A DNA stretch of 39,536 nucleotides. Origin: Candidatus Micrarchaeaceae archaeon. GTDB lineage: Archaea > Micrarchaeota > Micrarchaeia > Micrarchaeales > CABMGC01. The position numbers were made by a program, and so were the translations under genes. Shown piece after piece: positions 39,508-39,536 of this stretch (its first letter is position 1; each line of letters begins with the position of its first letter). The stretch is taken from assembly GCA_038873795.1 (NCBI GenBank), contig JAVZDR010000004.1, forward strand, positions 1 through 39,536. Reading direction: 5' to 3'. The notes beneath the pieces were generated by a model. The model saw only the letters and a program-made list of their open reading frames with translations. It was not told where the DNA came from and searched no databases.

Positions 39508-39536
39508 ATACTTTCCTTCGTAGGATTAGCGTTTTT

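Noticed and set aside
1..39536. CRISPR array, defence system, provirus or integrase
   Set aside because: No regularly spaced repeats or matching genes seen; both tRNAs are flanked by core genes

Overview
Gene-dense core-genome segment of an archaeon, most likely DPANN/Micrarchaeota (inferred from split rpoB and rpoA, PolD, a DUF929 protein, a T-loop tRNA intron and overall protein divergence). It encodes a class II ribonucleotide reductase with NrdR, RNase HII, a PRC-barrel protein, PheRS alpha/beta, RFC large subunit, GDH, a bacterial-type MetRS, MCM, a presenilin-like protease, a wHTH-grpE-dnaK-dnaJ operon, tRNA-Ala(GGC), an Sm protein, the rpoH-B''-B'-A'-A'' operon, DUF929 plus a membrane partner, TatD, an intron-containing tRNA-Arg(TCT), UPF0147-DP1-DP2, P5C dehydrogenase, an Lrp regulator, a peroxiredoxin and a TRAM protein. 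Most notable observations: (1) a bacterial-style NrdR module with two NrdR boxes 31 bp apart on an archaeal promoter; (2) substitutions at normally invariant RNA polymerase active-centre motifs; (3) a 27-nt BHB intron at tRNA position 59/60; (4) an uncharacterised wHTH regulator in the hrcA-like slot of the dnaK operon; (5) a candidate membrane thiol-redox pair; (6) an orphan IS200/IS605-type end hairpin; (7) an unexplained, possibly structured ~250-nt intergenic region. No CRISPR array, intein or complete mobile element was seen. All calls come from manual motif recognition, with no database searches.
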